Assembly (NCBI GenBank): GCA_035411425.1
Contig: DAONSX010000003.1
Location: 27,534-91,533, forward strand
Direction of reading: 5' to 3'
Length of the DNA stretch: 64,000 nucleotides
Source: Bacteroidales bacterium
Lineage (GTDB): Bacteria; Bacteroidota; Bacteroidia; Bacteroidales; TTA-H9
The number at the start of each line of letters is the position of its first letter. The first letter of the stretch is position 1. Shown piece after piece: positions 9,454-19,721 of this stretch. Made by a program: the position numbers and the translations under genes. The notes below the pieces were generated by a model. The model was not told the origin of the DNA. It saw only the letters and a list, made by a program, of their open reading frames with translations, and did no database searches.

Positions 9454-10461
9454 ATGCAAAATAAAGTTACTATCAAAGATATAGCCAAAACATTGGGAGT
9501 TTCTATATCAACGGTATCCAGGGCACTGAAAGATCATCCCGATATCAGTGAATCGACTAGAAATCTCATTAAGAATTTTGCGCAGGAAATCAACTATCGC
9601 CCTAATGTTTTGGCTTTGAGTCTCAGGCGACAAAAAAGCAATACCATTGGACTGATCATTCCCGAAATCGTTCATCATTTTTTTTCATCGGTGATTAGTG
9701 GCATGGAAGACCTCAGCTATCGTGAAGGATACAATATCATTATTTGCCAATCGACAGAAAATCAGTTTCGAGAAGCTACAGCACTTCAAACTTTGATTGA
9801 TCACAGGGTGGATGGAATATTGGTTTCACTGAGCAAATCCACACAAAATTTTTCTCAATTCAAGAAGGCACAGGAAGAAGGTTTCCCCATGGTATTTTTC
9901 GATAGAATTTGCGAAAGTATAGAAACCGATCGAGTAGTCATGGATGATCTAGAAGGAGGTCGCTTGGCAACCGAATACCTGATCAATAAAGGCTGCCAAA
10001 ATATACTTCATCTGGCGGCATCGCCCATTTTACTGATTGGACGTAACCGCCGCGATGGATACCTCCAAGCATTGAAAGATCACAATATCCCAATCAAAGA
10101 AGAACTTATCCTGAAATGTGATACTCAGGAAGAAGTTTCAACCCTTAGAAACCATCTTTATGAACTTTTACCGCAAATTGATGGGGTTTTTGCGGTAAAT
10201 GACAGTACTGCCATCGCCATGATTCAAATACTGAAAAAAAAAGGCTATCGAATTCCTCAAGATATTAAAGTAGTAGGTTTTGGCGATGGACCTAATGCTA
10301 CTATAGTAGAACCCGCCCTCACCACAATAGAACAAAAAGGTTACGACATGGGCCGTGAATCCGTAAGACTGCTCCTGCAGCGCCTCAACAATCCATCGGC
10401 TTCCATCAGTTATCAAACCCGTGTTTTCCCTCCTACACTCAAGATCAGAGAGTCTGCCTGA
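9454..10461 (+). CDS. LacI-family transcriptional regulator
   Basis: N-terminal HTH VTIKDIAKTLGVSISTVSRALK, followed by a periplasmic-binding-protein-like sugar-binding core. 335 aa. Confidence 0.92.
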   Translation: MQNKVTIKDIAKTLGVSISTVSRALKDHPDISESTRNLIKNFAQEINYRPNVLALSLRRQKSNTIGLIIPEIVHHFFSSVISGMEDLSYREGYNIIICQSTENQFREATALQTLIDHRVDGILVSLSKSTQNFSQFKKAQEEGFPMVFFDRICESIETDRVVMDDLEGGRLATEYLINKGCQNILHLAASPILLIGRNRRDGYLQALKDHNIPIKEELILKCDTQEEVSTLRNHLYELLPQIDGVFAVNDSTAIAMIQILKKKGYRIPQDIKVVGFGDGPNATIVEPALTTIEQKGYDMGRESVRLLLQRLNNPSASISYQTRVFPPTLKIRESA

Positions 10462-10933
10462 TGAATTCTTTGCGCCCATAATTCTCGACAGAATAGCCCC
10501 TTAAAAATAAAACAAAACAATGAATAAAAGACTGAATATGAAATAATTAAGCAAGATGAATCATTAGAGCTTGCATTCTATCATTTCATAGAACGAAGGA
10601 TTTGTGATAAAATCAATGGAAGGTGGATGCCTGAAAAATTTCTTTTTTTTACCTATGATTTCTCACATAAATTGTTCATTCAACCATTATTGAAAATTTC
10701 TACATAAAAAAATTCTTGTTTTCTTTGAAAAAAGTGATTTTTATGTATACCTTTGTTAATAAATATCAAACCTGATTCAAAAACCATTCTATTGTATTCT
10801 TTCAGTTTAACATCTTATAAATTACTTTGTGATTTCTCATGTATTACATCTATCTTACATCATTCATAATTAAAAGTCATCGAACCACATTTTTAAAATC
10901 AACCTTAAGTTTAATCCAAAATCCTTAACAACT

Positions 10934-12193
10934 ATGAAACATTTATTTCCTTTGCTCAGTTTAGTTTTACTTGTTAGCTTATTCAACATAGGCTGCAGTA
11001 AAGATGAAGATGAAGAATTACCCAAAGATCTGGTAGTTAATTACACTGCCAGTTTTACCGACGTAGCTTCTACACTGCAAGATTTTATCATGAAAGCACA
11101 AGTGTATGAAAGTTCTAATTTTGAATCATTAACTGCCGATCAAGGCAAGAAGATCATCAACGATTACATTACAGCTGGTGAAAATTTCATCAAGAGTGTG
11201 GATGATTATGAAAAATACAAGATTGGCACCAAAAATTCTTCCCCATGGTTAAAGAATTCGATGGATTCACCCTGTAGCATGTACGATGCTATCCCTGATG
11301 TGGGGAATGGAATATCACCAGGATTCGTAAAAAGTGTTGGTGATTTGATAGCTGACACAAAAGGCGATGTAAAAAAGATTGAGAAAAAATTTAACGATGG
11401 CGAGATAAGTGAAGAAGTTTTTACGGCGGCTCTCGATTCGTTAAAGAAAATAAAAACATTGAAGGCAGCGAATTTTGGGATGAGCTCCATTATTGGAGCT
11501 GGAACATCGGGTTTAACAGGGGCAGCTATTTTTAGTGTAGGGGGAATCGGTATGGCCATGTCTGCGCCTGCCCTGCTGGGAGTAACAGCCGCAGGAGTTG
11601 TTGTTGGTACGGGATATTATTTGATATCCAATTGGTGGTCAGGAATTAAGAAAAATGGACAGGATGACAAATTAGGCGAGATTGTAGTGGCTTCAGGAAA
11701 AATTGGGGATCCTATTCCTACAACTATGCTCAGTAATGGCGCCAGTCTAACTGTTGCTATTTCAGGTTACGCTCCGGTTTATATTCCAGCATTCATCCTA
11801 CCTTCGCAAGGAATAAAGAAAACCCTCGAAATTACTCCGATTAAATTAGAAGACGCCACTCCTACAACAAAGGTAGAAGTATGCACCCTAGAAGAAGAAT
11901 TTACATCTGAAAACTGTGAAGATGTACTTTATGTTACTGCCACACCCTCACCTATCGACCCAGGCCCAGGCGAAGGCGTTACAGTAACTGCCACCATTTT
12001 CCCTCCCATAGCAGGATGCCAAATTTCATTCAGTATTGTTGGAACAGATGGATACACTAAAAGCGAAACGCATGAAACCGATGCTAACGGAAAAGCATCT
12101 TTCTTCATCCCTGGTGGCGCCGAAGGAGTTTTTGATATCGTGACCATTACTACTTCGAATGGCCATACTTATACTGTAACTTATACATTTTAA
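10934..12193 (+). CDS. Hypothetical lipoprotein with an internal glycine-zipper hydrophobic hairpin and a C-terminal Ig-like domain
   Basis: Signal peptide plus lipobox (LFNIGC-SKDEDEE). Gly/Ala-rich hydrophobic segment GMSSIIGAGTSGLTGAAIFSVGGIGMAMSAPALLGVTAAGVVVGTGYYLISNWW. C-terminal beta-rich region VTVTATIFPP...GKASFFIPGGAEG. I recognise no family. Confidence 0.6.
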   Translation: MKHLFPLLSLVLLVSLFNIGCSKDEDEELPKDLVVNYTASFTDVASTLQDFIMKAQVYESSNFESLTADQGKKIINDYITAGENFIKSVDDYEKYKIGTKNSSPWLKNSMDSPCSMYDAIPDVGNGISPGFVKSVGDLIADTKGDVKKIEKKFNDGEISEEVFTAALDSLKKIKTLKAANFGMSSIIGAGTSGLTGAAIFSVGGIGMAMSAPALLGVTAAGVVVGTGYYLISNWWSGIKKNGQDDKLGEIVVASGKIGDPIPTTMLSNGASLTVAISGYAPVYIPAFILPSQGIKKTLEITPIKLEDATPTTKVEVCTLEEEFTSENCEDVLYVTATPSPIDPGPGEGVTVTATIFPPIAGCQISFSIVGTDGYTKSETHETDANGKASFFIPGGAEGVFDIVTITTSNGHTYTVTYTF

Positions 12194-12215
12194 AATTATC
12201 TAATTGTCTTATTAT

Positions 12216-12245
12216 AAAAAAGCCTTCGTTGCCGAAGGCTTTTTT
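12216..12245 (+). terminator. Rho-independent terminator
   Basis: agccttcg (12221-12228) pairs with cgaaggct (12233-12240) across the loop ttgc. It is flanked by an A-run and a T-run (tttttatt). Confidence 0.75.
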
Positions 12246-12277
12246 ATTGCCTTGTTCACTTGTTCAATTATTTAACT

Positions 12278-12285
12278 TATATTTG
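12278..12285 (+). promoter_or_regulatory. Bacteroidota-type -7 promoter box (TAnnTTTG)
   Basis: TATATTTG lies 7 nt upstream of the ATG at 12293. It falls inside the ORF-track TTG extension (12260), which argues for the shorter start. Confidence 0.45.
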
Positions 12286-12292
12286 TTTCTCT

Positions 12293-15200
12293 ATGAAAAC
12301 AAGGCATTTATTAAGAAAGACATTTATTATTGGGCTGGTGGTTTTTAGTCTTCCCAGATTATATTCCCAAAATGGCTTCACTGAGAATAAAGGACAATGG
12401 GATTCTAACGTTCTCTTCTTCTTGCAACCCCAAGCAGATGTCGCAGTATTTATTGAAGCAGGTGCCATAACCTTCAATATTCAACTATTACGGCATGACG
12501 AAACACCAAATTTTGAAAATATTAGCGCTAAAACTAATCACGAAGGTGTTAAAGGACATGCATTTCGAATTATTTTCGAAGATGCTGATTTTTCAAATAT
12601 CACTGCTTTAAGACCAAAACCCGAACTACTCAATTATTTTCTTGGAAAAAATCCCGAAAAATGGAGTACCGGTGTAAAAATCTTTAATGAATTATACATC
12701 TATGATGCATACAAGAATATAGACCTTAAAATTATTTCCGATATTGGAGGTATTAAATACGAATTCATCATTCATCGAGGAGGGCGGGTCAAAGATATTG
12801 CCATTCGGTATGATGGATTGGAGAATATATCATTGAGCAATGGCCAACTTATTTTGAGTACATCATTGGGAGAAATTATCGAAGAAGCTCCGAAAGTCAT
12901 AGTTGAAGACAAAGGAAGCACATTTGTGACTGGGTGTCAATATCAACTCGAAGCCAACAGGATAAAATTTCATTTAGATCCATCATTCCTCAACTCTGAC
13001 AAAATTGTTATTGATCCCCGTTTGGTATTTTCCACGTATTCAGGAAGCGAGGCCGACAATTGGGGTTTTACTGGTACTTACGACGAGGCAGGGAATGTAT
13101 ATTCCGGAGGAATTGTTTTCAATATTGGATATCCAGTAAGTTTAGGAGCTTATCAACAAAGTTTTGGTGGTGGGTGCGACATAGGCATTATCAAATACGA
13201 TTCTACGGGAACAAATCGCATCTATGCTACTTATTTGGGTGGACTTTATGCCGATCTGCCGCATAGTTTAATCGTCAATACATCCAACGAACTGGTTATT
13301 TTTGGTACCACTGGTTCGCCCAACTTTCCAGTTACGCCATCGGCTTACGATACAAGTTTCAACGGAGGGGATGCTGTTAATTATGCATCTTTAAATTTTC
13401 CTTTAGGCTCCGATATTTTTATTGCTAAATTCAGTGAAGACGGCTCACAATTAATAGCTTCTACTTTTATAGGAGGCAGCGAAAACGATGGCTTAAATTT
13501 TCGCTCACGCTATGCATCCATGCTTATGACAGGCAACGATACTTTATACTATAATTATGGAGATGGTGCCCGTGGCGAAGTAATCACCGATCCGCAAGAT
13601 AACATTTATATTGGCTCCACCACATTTTCGAACGATTTTCCGATAACTGCCGCAACTTTTCAACCCTCTTATAAAGGGAAACAGGAAGGTGTGGTATGTA
13701 AATTTGACAGGACATTGAGCTATTTGAACTGGAGCAGTTATTTAGGCGGATCGAACGATGAAGGTATATTTTCCATCGATATCAACTCTTATGGCGATTT
13801 ATACGTTACTGGTGGCACCACCAGCAGCGATTTCCCCGTAACATCTGGAGCCTATCGAACCCAATTTAATGGAGGAAGTGCCGATGCGTTTATTTCGTGC
13901 ATTTCGGCTAATGGAGTAAATTTAAAGGGATCGACCTTTTGGGGATCGCTATCTTATGATCAGGGATATTTTGTGCGTATCGGGCCCGATGATGAAGTAT
14001 ATGTATTCGGGCAAACTAAAGCCTCTGATTCGTCCATGATGATCGATGCCCTTTATGGCCAGCCAAACAGTGGACAATTCATATCGAAATTTTCACCTCT
14101 ACTCGATGAACTGAGATGGAGTACAGTAGTTGGAAAAGGCGATGGCCAACCCAATATTTCTCCAACGGCATTTATGGTCGATGTATGTGGGAGGATTTAT
14201 TATTCGGGATGGGGAAGAATATGGGGTAACAGTTATGTAAATGGTAACTGGTATTTATGGGGTACCCCTTTTGGAACTCACGGCCTTGCGGTTACTCCCG
14301 ATGCTGTTCAACCCATCACCGATGGACAAGATTTTTATATAGCCATATTATCATCCGAAGCGGCAGGATTAGATTATGCTACTTTTTTTGGAGAACAGCA
14401 CTATTCGGGTTGTTCATTCAGTGGTCATGATCATGTGGATGGAGGCACAAGCCGCTTCGATCCGAGAGGAAACATCGTTCAATCGGTTTGTGCCTCATGC
14501 GGAGGCTGTCAGCAATTCCCAACTTATCCCAATCCTGGTGCATGGTCGAATACAAACCATTCAACCAACTGCAACAATGCCATATTTAAGATTCATTTGA
14601 AAAGTGATATTGCCACAGCCAATTTCATCATCCCTCAAAGTGGTTGCGCTCCATACGAAGTTCAATTCCAAAATACCAGCGTTGGTTTGTCTTTTTTGTG
14701 GGATTTTGGAGATACGATCTCGGGAGCCGCCAATTACTCCAGTTTGAAAAATCCATCTCATACTTATCACCAAGCCGGATTATACACTATTACCCTCATA
14801 AGCTTTTTACCAGGCAGTTGCAATTCATCGGATACGATTCAGAAAAACTTGCTTATTCTAAACGATACTACAATGTGGCTCGATAGCTTGGTGATTTGCC
14901 CGAATAATTCTGTTCAGATTGGAATTTCTCCTTCCCCAGATACGAATGTATGCTATCAATGGATTCCTGATACTTGCCTCAGTAACCCTGCTATTTCCAA
15001 TCCTTTCGCATTCCCGCAAACTACCACAACTTACATGTGCTTGGTTACACATCCCGGATGCACCGATACCCTCCTTCAAACCCTCACAGTGATTCCATTC
15101 ATTATTTCGGCAGGCGAAGATACCGTAAGTTGTTCCAAATGGTTTACCCTACAAGGTTCATCGGAAAGTGCAGGTACTCTATTCCATTGGTCATCTTTAA

Positions 15201-17887
15201 AAAATTTTCTCGATACATTGAACTTATCTCCCTTTGATAGCACTGCTTTCATCGATCTAACCAGCTACTCAGGAAATACATTTTATCTAAAAGCTTATAA
15301 TTCAATTGGATGTGAATCTATCGATAGTGTAAAAGTAATTTATGGAGGGACAAGCATTTCGACCAGTTCAGACCGTTTAGCTTGCTATAACGACACTTTA
15401 CATCTACATGCCTATAATTTATATCCTAACAATATATTAACATGGGCATGGCAACCCGAAGCCTATATTCTTACAGGCGCTCACAGTCCGGACCCCATAG
15501 TCAAGCCCGATACAAGCACATGGTTCTTTGTGAGTGCCTCATCTCTCTATGATTGCCAAACTACGGATAGTATTTATATTCAGGTTAGCCATATATTGGC
15601 CGACTTATCCGTCCATCCGACAAACTGTTACGATACTTGCGACGGATGGGCAAAAGTTAATCCTTCAGGTGGATTTTCTCCTTATTCGATTTTATTTAGC
15701 AATGGAATAGAAGATTCCGTTGCTGCAAATCTTTGCTCAGGACAATATTGGGTAAGCATTATAGATTCTATTGGTTGTGACACCTTAATAGAATTTCGAA
15801 TCGATTCCCCTTCGCCATTTTTCATAAATTACGAACTACAGCATGTAAGCTGTCATGGCGATTCCACTGGTTTTATTCATCTAACCGTAATGGGAGCAAC
15901 TCCTCCCTATGAAGTGTTGTGGTCGAATGGAGATAGTGGACTTTACCTCAATAATCTACCTGCAGGCATATACACAGCCCAAATATTCGATGCCAATCAA
16001 TGTGATACTCTATTGAACTTTTCCATTCAACAGCCCGAAGCCTTTGGCGTTGAAGCCGAGATCAATCAAGTCAGTTGTTTTGGATATTCTGACGGTAGCA
16101 TCCATTTACAAATCAGTGGGGGAATTTCACCCTATTCGGTTATTTGGAATAATGGCATGCAAGGAGCATCGATCAATGGATTACATGCAGGTACATACAC
16201 AGCTTTATTGACCGACAGCCTTCAATGTGATACATCCATGACATTCATCCTTACCGAACCGCCTCCTTTCTTTATTCAAGCCATTGTCGTGCCGGTAAGC
16301 TGCCCGGGATACCACGACGGGAGCGTCGAACTTCTATTGCAAGGAGGCAGTCAACCATATTTCATACATTGGGTTACAGGAGATACTTCTCATCATCTCG
16401 AGAACCTTCCGGTCGGATTTTATTCCGTTCGGATAATAGATGCTCATCAATGTATTTTCGATACGGGTTTCATCATCGATGAGCCAGTACCGTTTTCCAT
16501 AATAGCCGAAATTACACCCGTAACTTGCAAAGGATATGCTGATGGTAGCATAATGATCGAAGCGAGTGGAGGTAACCCGCCATATACTTTGACATGGTCG
16601 AATGGTGCAACGGGAAATTTTTTGTCAAATCTAACTGGTGGCTTTTACACTTTAACCCTTTTCGACGCTCATTCATGTGATACCACTATCACATTCCTTG
16701 TTCCCGAGGCTCACCAACCTCTAAATGTATCCTATTCGAGTTATCAGCCTTCCTGTTGGGGTTATCAGGATGGGGCTTATAAAATTTTACCAGAAGGCGG
16801 AATGCCTCCCTACAGCATTTTTTGGGGAATGGATGAAATATCAGACAGCATAGGCAACTTACCCGCTGGAATTTATTCATTCGAAATTTCCGATGCCTAT
16901 AAATGCAGGGTCAATATCACGGATACTCTTTCCTCCCCTACTCCCTTCATGATTCAATCCATTATTCATCATCCCAGCTGTGCATTTGGGGTTCCTGACG
17001 GAAGCATTCAACTTCTCGTCTCAGGAGGCACACCCTCTTATTATTTTCATTGGTCAACCGGTGAACAAACTTCCTTACTGCAATATATTCCTGCTGGAAC
17101 TTATGAGGTAGATCTAATCGACTCTCATCAATGCGACACCAACCTTTCTTTCACTCTATTAGCTCCGTCGGATTTTCAAATCATAAAAAAAATTTCTCAC
17201 TGTTCCTGTTTCGGAAACAATGATGGAAGCATAGCAATAGAAATTGCAGGAAACCAGTCCGACTATCAAATACTTTGGGGAGACGGCAGTAATGAAAACA
17301 TCAGGCATAACTTCTATGCCGGAATTTATCCTTTTCGGGTATCCGATAAAAACGATTGTACAAAGTATGATACTGCTGTGATAGAACAACCCGAGGCCAT
17401 CGAAGTCATCAAGAGAGTTACACCCGTAGGATGCGAGAGTGATTCGGACGGGAAAATAGAACTGAGCATTGGAGGAGGCAGCCCGCCTTTCACAGTGATT
17501 TGGCTGGAAGGTTTTCAAGGGGAAATGTTGTATGAACTTCCCAAAGGAATTTATACCTTTCAAATCATTGATAACAACAATTGCTTAGTAAAGGACACAG
17601 TCATAGTGTGGCAGAAAGATTGCTGCATCGATATTCCCAATGTAATTACCCCTAACAGCGATGGTTTTAATGATAAATTTGTAATTAAAGGCATCGAAAA
17701 CTTCCCCAGTAATGAATTGATTATATACAACCGCTGGGGTAAAGAAATCATTCAGTTCAAAGGTTATAAAAATGAGTGGGATGGGAGGAATGCAAATGGT
17801 GAGCAGGTGGCCGAGGGGGTTTATTATTACGTTTTGCATCTTACTGGCGGCCGTTATTTTCAGGGATCTATCACTGTAATACGATAA
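12293..17887 (+). CDS. Giant T9SS-sorted cell-surface adhesin: SBBP beta-propeller repeats, a PKD domain, 9 SprB-like repeats and a type-B (gliding-motility-associated) C-terminal sorting domain
   Basis: Signal peptide MKTRHLLRKTFIIGLVVFSLPRLYSQ. SBBP-type repeats (SSDFPVTSGAYRTQFNGGSADAFIS). PKD motif (FLWDFGDT...HTYHQAGLYTITL). Repeats with the pattern C.G..DGSI.....GG.PPY...W. CTD IPNVITPNSDGFNDKFVIKGIE...YNRWG...WDGR...GVYYYV. Confidence 0.9.
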   Translation: MKTRHLLRKTFIIGLVVFSLPRLYSQNGFTENKGQWDSNVLFFLQPQADVAVFIEAGAITFNIQLLRHDETPNFENISAKTNHEGVKGHAFRIIFEDADFSNITALRPKPELLNYFLGKNPEKWSTGVKIFNELYIYDAYKNIDLKIISDIGGIKYEFIIHRGGRVKDIAIRYDGLENISLSNGQLILSTSLGEIIEEAPKVIVEDKGSTFVTGCQYQLEANRIKFHLDPSFLNSDKIVIDPRLVFSTYSGSEADNWGFTGTYDEAGNVYSGGIVFNIGYPVSLGAYQQSFGGGCDIGIIKYDSTGTNRIYATYLGGLYADLPHSLIVNTSNELVIFGTTGSPNFPVTPSAYDTSFNGGDAVNYASLNFPLGSDIFIAKFSEDGSQLIASTFIGGSENDGLNFRSRYASMLMTGNDTLYYNYGDGARGEVITDPQDNIYIGSTTFSNDFPITAATFQPSYKGKQEGVVCKFDRTLSYLNWSSYLGGSNDEGIFSIDINSYGDLYVTGGTTSSDFPVTSGAYRTQFNGGSADAFISCISANGVNLKGSTFWGSLSYDQGYFVRIGPDDEVYVFGQTKASDSSMMIDALYGQPNSGQFISKFSPLLDELRWSTVVGKGDGQPNISPTAFMVDVCGRIYYSGWGRIWGNSYVNGNWYLWGTPFGTHGLAVTPDAVQPITDGQDFYIAILSSEAAGLDYATFFGEQHYSGCSFSGHDHVDGGTSRFDPRGNIVQSVCASCGGCQQFPTYPNPGAWSNTNHSTNCNNAIFKIHLKSDIATANFIIPQSGCAPYEVQFQNTSVGLSFLWDFGDTISGAANYSSLKNPSHTYHQAGLYTITLISFLPGSCNSSDTIQKNLLILNDTTMWLDSLVICPNNSVQIGISPSPDTNVCYQWIPDTCLSNPAISNPFAFPQTTTTYMCLVTHPGCTDTLLQTLTVIPFIISAGEDTVSCSKWFTLQGSSESAGTLFHWSSLKNFLDTLNLSPFDSTAFIDLTSYSGNTFYLKAYNSIGCESIDSVKVIYGGTSISTSSDRLACYNDTLHLHAYNLYPNNILTWAWQPEAYILTGAHSPDPIVKPDTSTWFFVSASSLYDCQTTDSIYIQVSHILADLSVHPTNCYDTCDGWAKVNPSGGFSPYSILFSNGIEDSVAANLCSGQYWVSIIDSIGCDTLIEFRIDSPSPFFINYELQHVSCHGDSTGFIHLTVMGATPPYEVLWSNGDSGLYLNNLPAGIYTAQIFDANQCDTLLNFSIQQPEAFGVEAEINQVSCFGYSDGSIHLQISGGISPYSVIWNNGMQGASINGLHAGTYTALLTDSLQCDTSMTFILTEPPPFFIQAIVVPVSCPGYHDGSVELLLQGGSQPYFIHWVTGDTSHHLENLPVGFYSVRIIDAHQCIFDTGFIIDEPVPFSIIAEITPVTCKGYADGSIMIEASGGNPPYTLTWSNGATGNFLSNLTGGFYTLTLFDAHSCDTTITFLVPEAHQPLNVSYSSYQPSCWGYQDGAYKILPEGGMPPYSIFWGMDEISDSIGNLPAGIYSFEISDAYKCRVNITDTLSSPTPFMIQSIIHHPSCAFGVPDGSIQLLVSGGTPSYYFHWSTGEQTSLLQYIPAGTYEVDLIDSHQCDTNLSFTLLAPSDFQIIKKISHCSCFGNNDGSIAIEIAGNQSDYQILWGDGSNENIRHNFYAGIYPFRVSDKNDCTKYDTAVIEQPEAIEVIKRVTPVGCESDSDGKIELSIGGGSPPFTVIWLEGFQGEMLYELPKGIYTFQIIDNNNCLVKDTVIVWQKDCCIDIPNVITPNSDGFNDKFVIKGIENFPSNELIIYNRWGKEIIQFKGYKNEWDGRNANGEQVAEGVYYYVLHLTGGRYFQGSITVIR
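15600..17610 (+). repeat. Nine tandem, diverged coding repeats of about 225 nt (75 aa), SprB-like, inside the adhesin gene
   Basis: Each unit has a conserved Cys...DG(S/W)I...GG.(S/P)PY...W..G......L..G.Y......D...C pattern. The units are readable in the translation from HPTNCYDTCDGWAKV to TPVGCESDSDGKIEL. Confidence 0.8.
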
Positions 17888-18050
17888 AGCAAGCGGATTG
17901 TGGCTTTGGCCGAGCAGAGCGAAGCTCGCAGCGAGGTCACCAAAATAAATAATTCTGGAATTATCATTAGAATTCTTATCCTTTATGACAAATTTGGACA
18001 ATCTTTCCTCTCGAAATAAAAAAGTGATTCTCATATAAAATTTTATTTCT

Positions 18051-18058
18051 TAATTTTG
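18051..18058 (+). promoter_or_regulatory. Bacteroidota-type -7 promoter box (TAnnTTTG)
   Basis: TAATTTTG lies 44 nt upstream of the ATG at 18103. Confidence 0.4.
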
Positions 18059-18102
18059 TTGCAGTATTCATTTGACTTATAAACCCTAAAATTCAAAATA
18101 TT

Positions 18103-19023
18103 ATGAAAAAAATATTAGTTGCAACCGAAAAACCCTTTGCAAAAGAAGCAATAGCAGCGATTCGCAAGGTTGTTGAAGATGCCGGATACACACTGGCTCT
18201 CCTCGAGAAATATACTTCGAAGACTGAGTTGTGCAATTCGATAGCTGATGCTGATGCCTTAATCATTCGCAGCGATATTGTCGACAAAGAAGTTGTTGAA
18301 GCTGCAAAGAATTTAAAAATTGTAGTTCGTGCCGGGGCTGGCTATGATAATATTGATCTGGAAGCCTGCACAAAACATGGGATAGTTGCTATGAATACTC
18401 CAGGACAAAACTCGAATGCAGTAGCCGAGCTGGCATTTGGTATGATGTTGTATATGGCTCGGGGAGGTTTTGACGGAGGAACCGGCACCGAGCTGCGTGG
18501 AAAGACCCTTGGGATTCACGGATATGGGAATGTGGGAAGATACATAGGTAAAATCGCTTTAGGCTTTGGAATGAAAACCTATGCTTTCCGACGTACCTCT
18601 ATGGACGAAATCATAAAAGCAGAAGGAATCATTCCCTTATCAAAAGCTGAAGACATTTACAAAAACTGTCAGTATGTTACCCTTCATATCCCGGCCAACG
18701 AGCAAACAAAAAAATCAATCAATTATGATTTGCTATCGCTAATGCCAAAAGGAGCCACTTTAGTTAACACAGCCCGCAAAGAAATCATCGACGAAGAAAG
18801 CCTTTTGAAAATGTTTGCCGAAAGGCCAGATTTCAAGTACCTAAGTGATATTGAGCCCGCCTGCAAGGCTGAGATCATCGAGAAATACTCCAAACGTTAC
18901 TTTTTTACTCCAAAAAAGATGGGTGCTCAAACCCTCGAAGCCAACAATAATGCAGGCATAGCCGCTGCTCAACAAATTATCGATTTCTTCGAAAAGGGTG
19001 ACGTTCGCTTTAAGGTAAATTGA
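18103..19023 (+). CDS. serA: D-3-phosphoglycerate dehydrogenase / D-isomer-specific 2-hydroxyacid dehydrogenase
   Basis: 306 aa with the NAD-binding motif GIHGYGNVGRYIG and a catalytic-domain layout typical of the short Bacteroidota SerA. It is followed, after an inserted gene, by DUF1015, its usual neighbour. Confidence 0.75.
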   Translation: MKKILVATEKPFAKEAIAAIRKVVEDAGYTLALLEKYTSKTELCNSIADADALIIRSDIVDKEVVEAAKNLKIVVRAGAGYDNIDLEACTKHGIVAMNTPGQNSNAVAELAFGMMLYMARGGFDGGTGTELRGKTLGIHGYGNVGRYIGKIALGFGMKTYAFRRTSMDEIIKAEGIIPLSKAEDIYKNCQYVTLHIPANEQTKKSINYDLLSLMPKGATLVNTARKEIIDEESLLKMFAERPDFKYLSDIEPACKAEIIEKYSKRYFFTPKKMGAQTLEANNNAGIAAAQQIIDFFEKGDVRFKVN

Positions 19024-19301
19024 TCCATTCCTTCATTACATCATAACAAAACTAAAGCCGTTCTTTGAAATTGGGTAAAGGTATTCCCCGTATTTTACGG
19101 ATGAAAGTTCTATAAATCCTTTCAAATCTGCATCATTTACTACCGAAAGGTTTTGATACAATAAAACAGAACTCTCATAAGAAAGTGCCTTTAATCATAT
19201 AACGACAACATGAATTGAAATCCTGAAGCCAAAGGTTTGGAATCAGGAAGTTATCCTCGACAGTATTTCATAGTATTCACTTCATTTAAGAATTTACACC
19301 A

Positions 19302-19721
19302 ATGACAGTTTTTAGGTTTCAAGATTTGAGAGTTTATCAAAAAACGCTGGAGTTCGCAGAGTGGGCTTCACGGATTGCCGAAGGACATTCATCCAATGGG
19401 CAAGGGCAAATCATCAGCAACAAGCTACTTGATTCGGCAGTGGGTATAGTTTTTTGCATAGCCGAGGGTTCGGCTTCGCCCCGACCTGTTTTCATCGAAC
19501 AATTGAAAAAGGCAAAGTCTCATGTGAGAGAATGTATCGTTATGTCGCAACTCATGTTATCTCTTAAACTGCTAAATGAACGCAATTACGAGTATTGTCA
19601 TTCTACACTTTCTGAAATCATTAGAATGATAGGAGGACTCATTGCATCCTTGAGCAAGGAACAGGCTGATGCACCCCGAGATGATCGAGGGAACGAACAT
19701 AAAAACAAAGACACCTTATAA
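19302..19721 (+). CDS. Four-helix-bundle protein (23S rRNA IVS protein / Avd-like family)
   Basis: The N-terminus FRFQDLRVYQKTLEFAEW matches the characteristic F.DL.V(W/Y)QKA start of this family. 139 aa and predicted helical. Confidence 0.65.
   Translation: MTVFRFQDLRVYQKTLEFAEWASRIAEGHSSNGQGQIISNKLLDSAVGIVFCIAEGSASPRPVFIEQLKKAKSHVRECIVMSQLMLSLKLLNERNYEYCHSTLSEIIRMIGGLIASLSKEQADAPRDDRGNEHKNKDTL

Noticed and set aside
17585-18034. 149-aa minus-strand ORF spanning the end of the adhesin gene and the intergenic spacer
   Set aside because: It is mostly antisense to the well-supported T9SS C-terminal domain. No promoter box or recognisable motifs.
19302-19721. Four-helix-bundle (Avd-like) gene as the marker of a diversity-generating retroelement, possibly targeting the nearby giant adhesin
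   Set aside because: There is no reverse transcriptase ORF in the window, and I found no template/variable repeat pair by eye.
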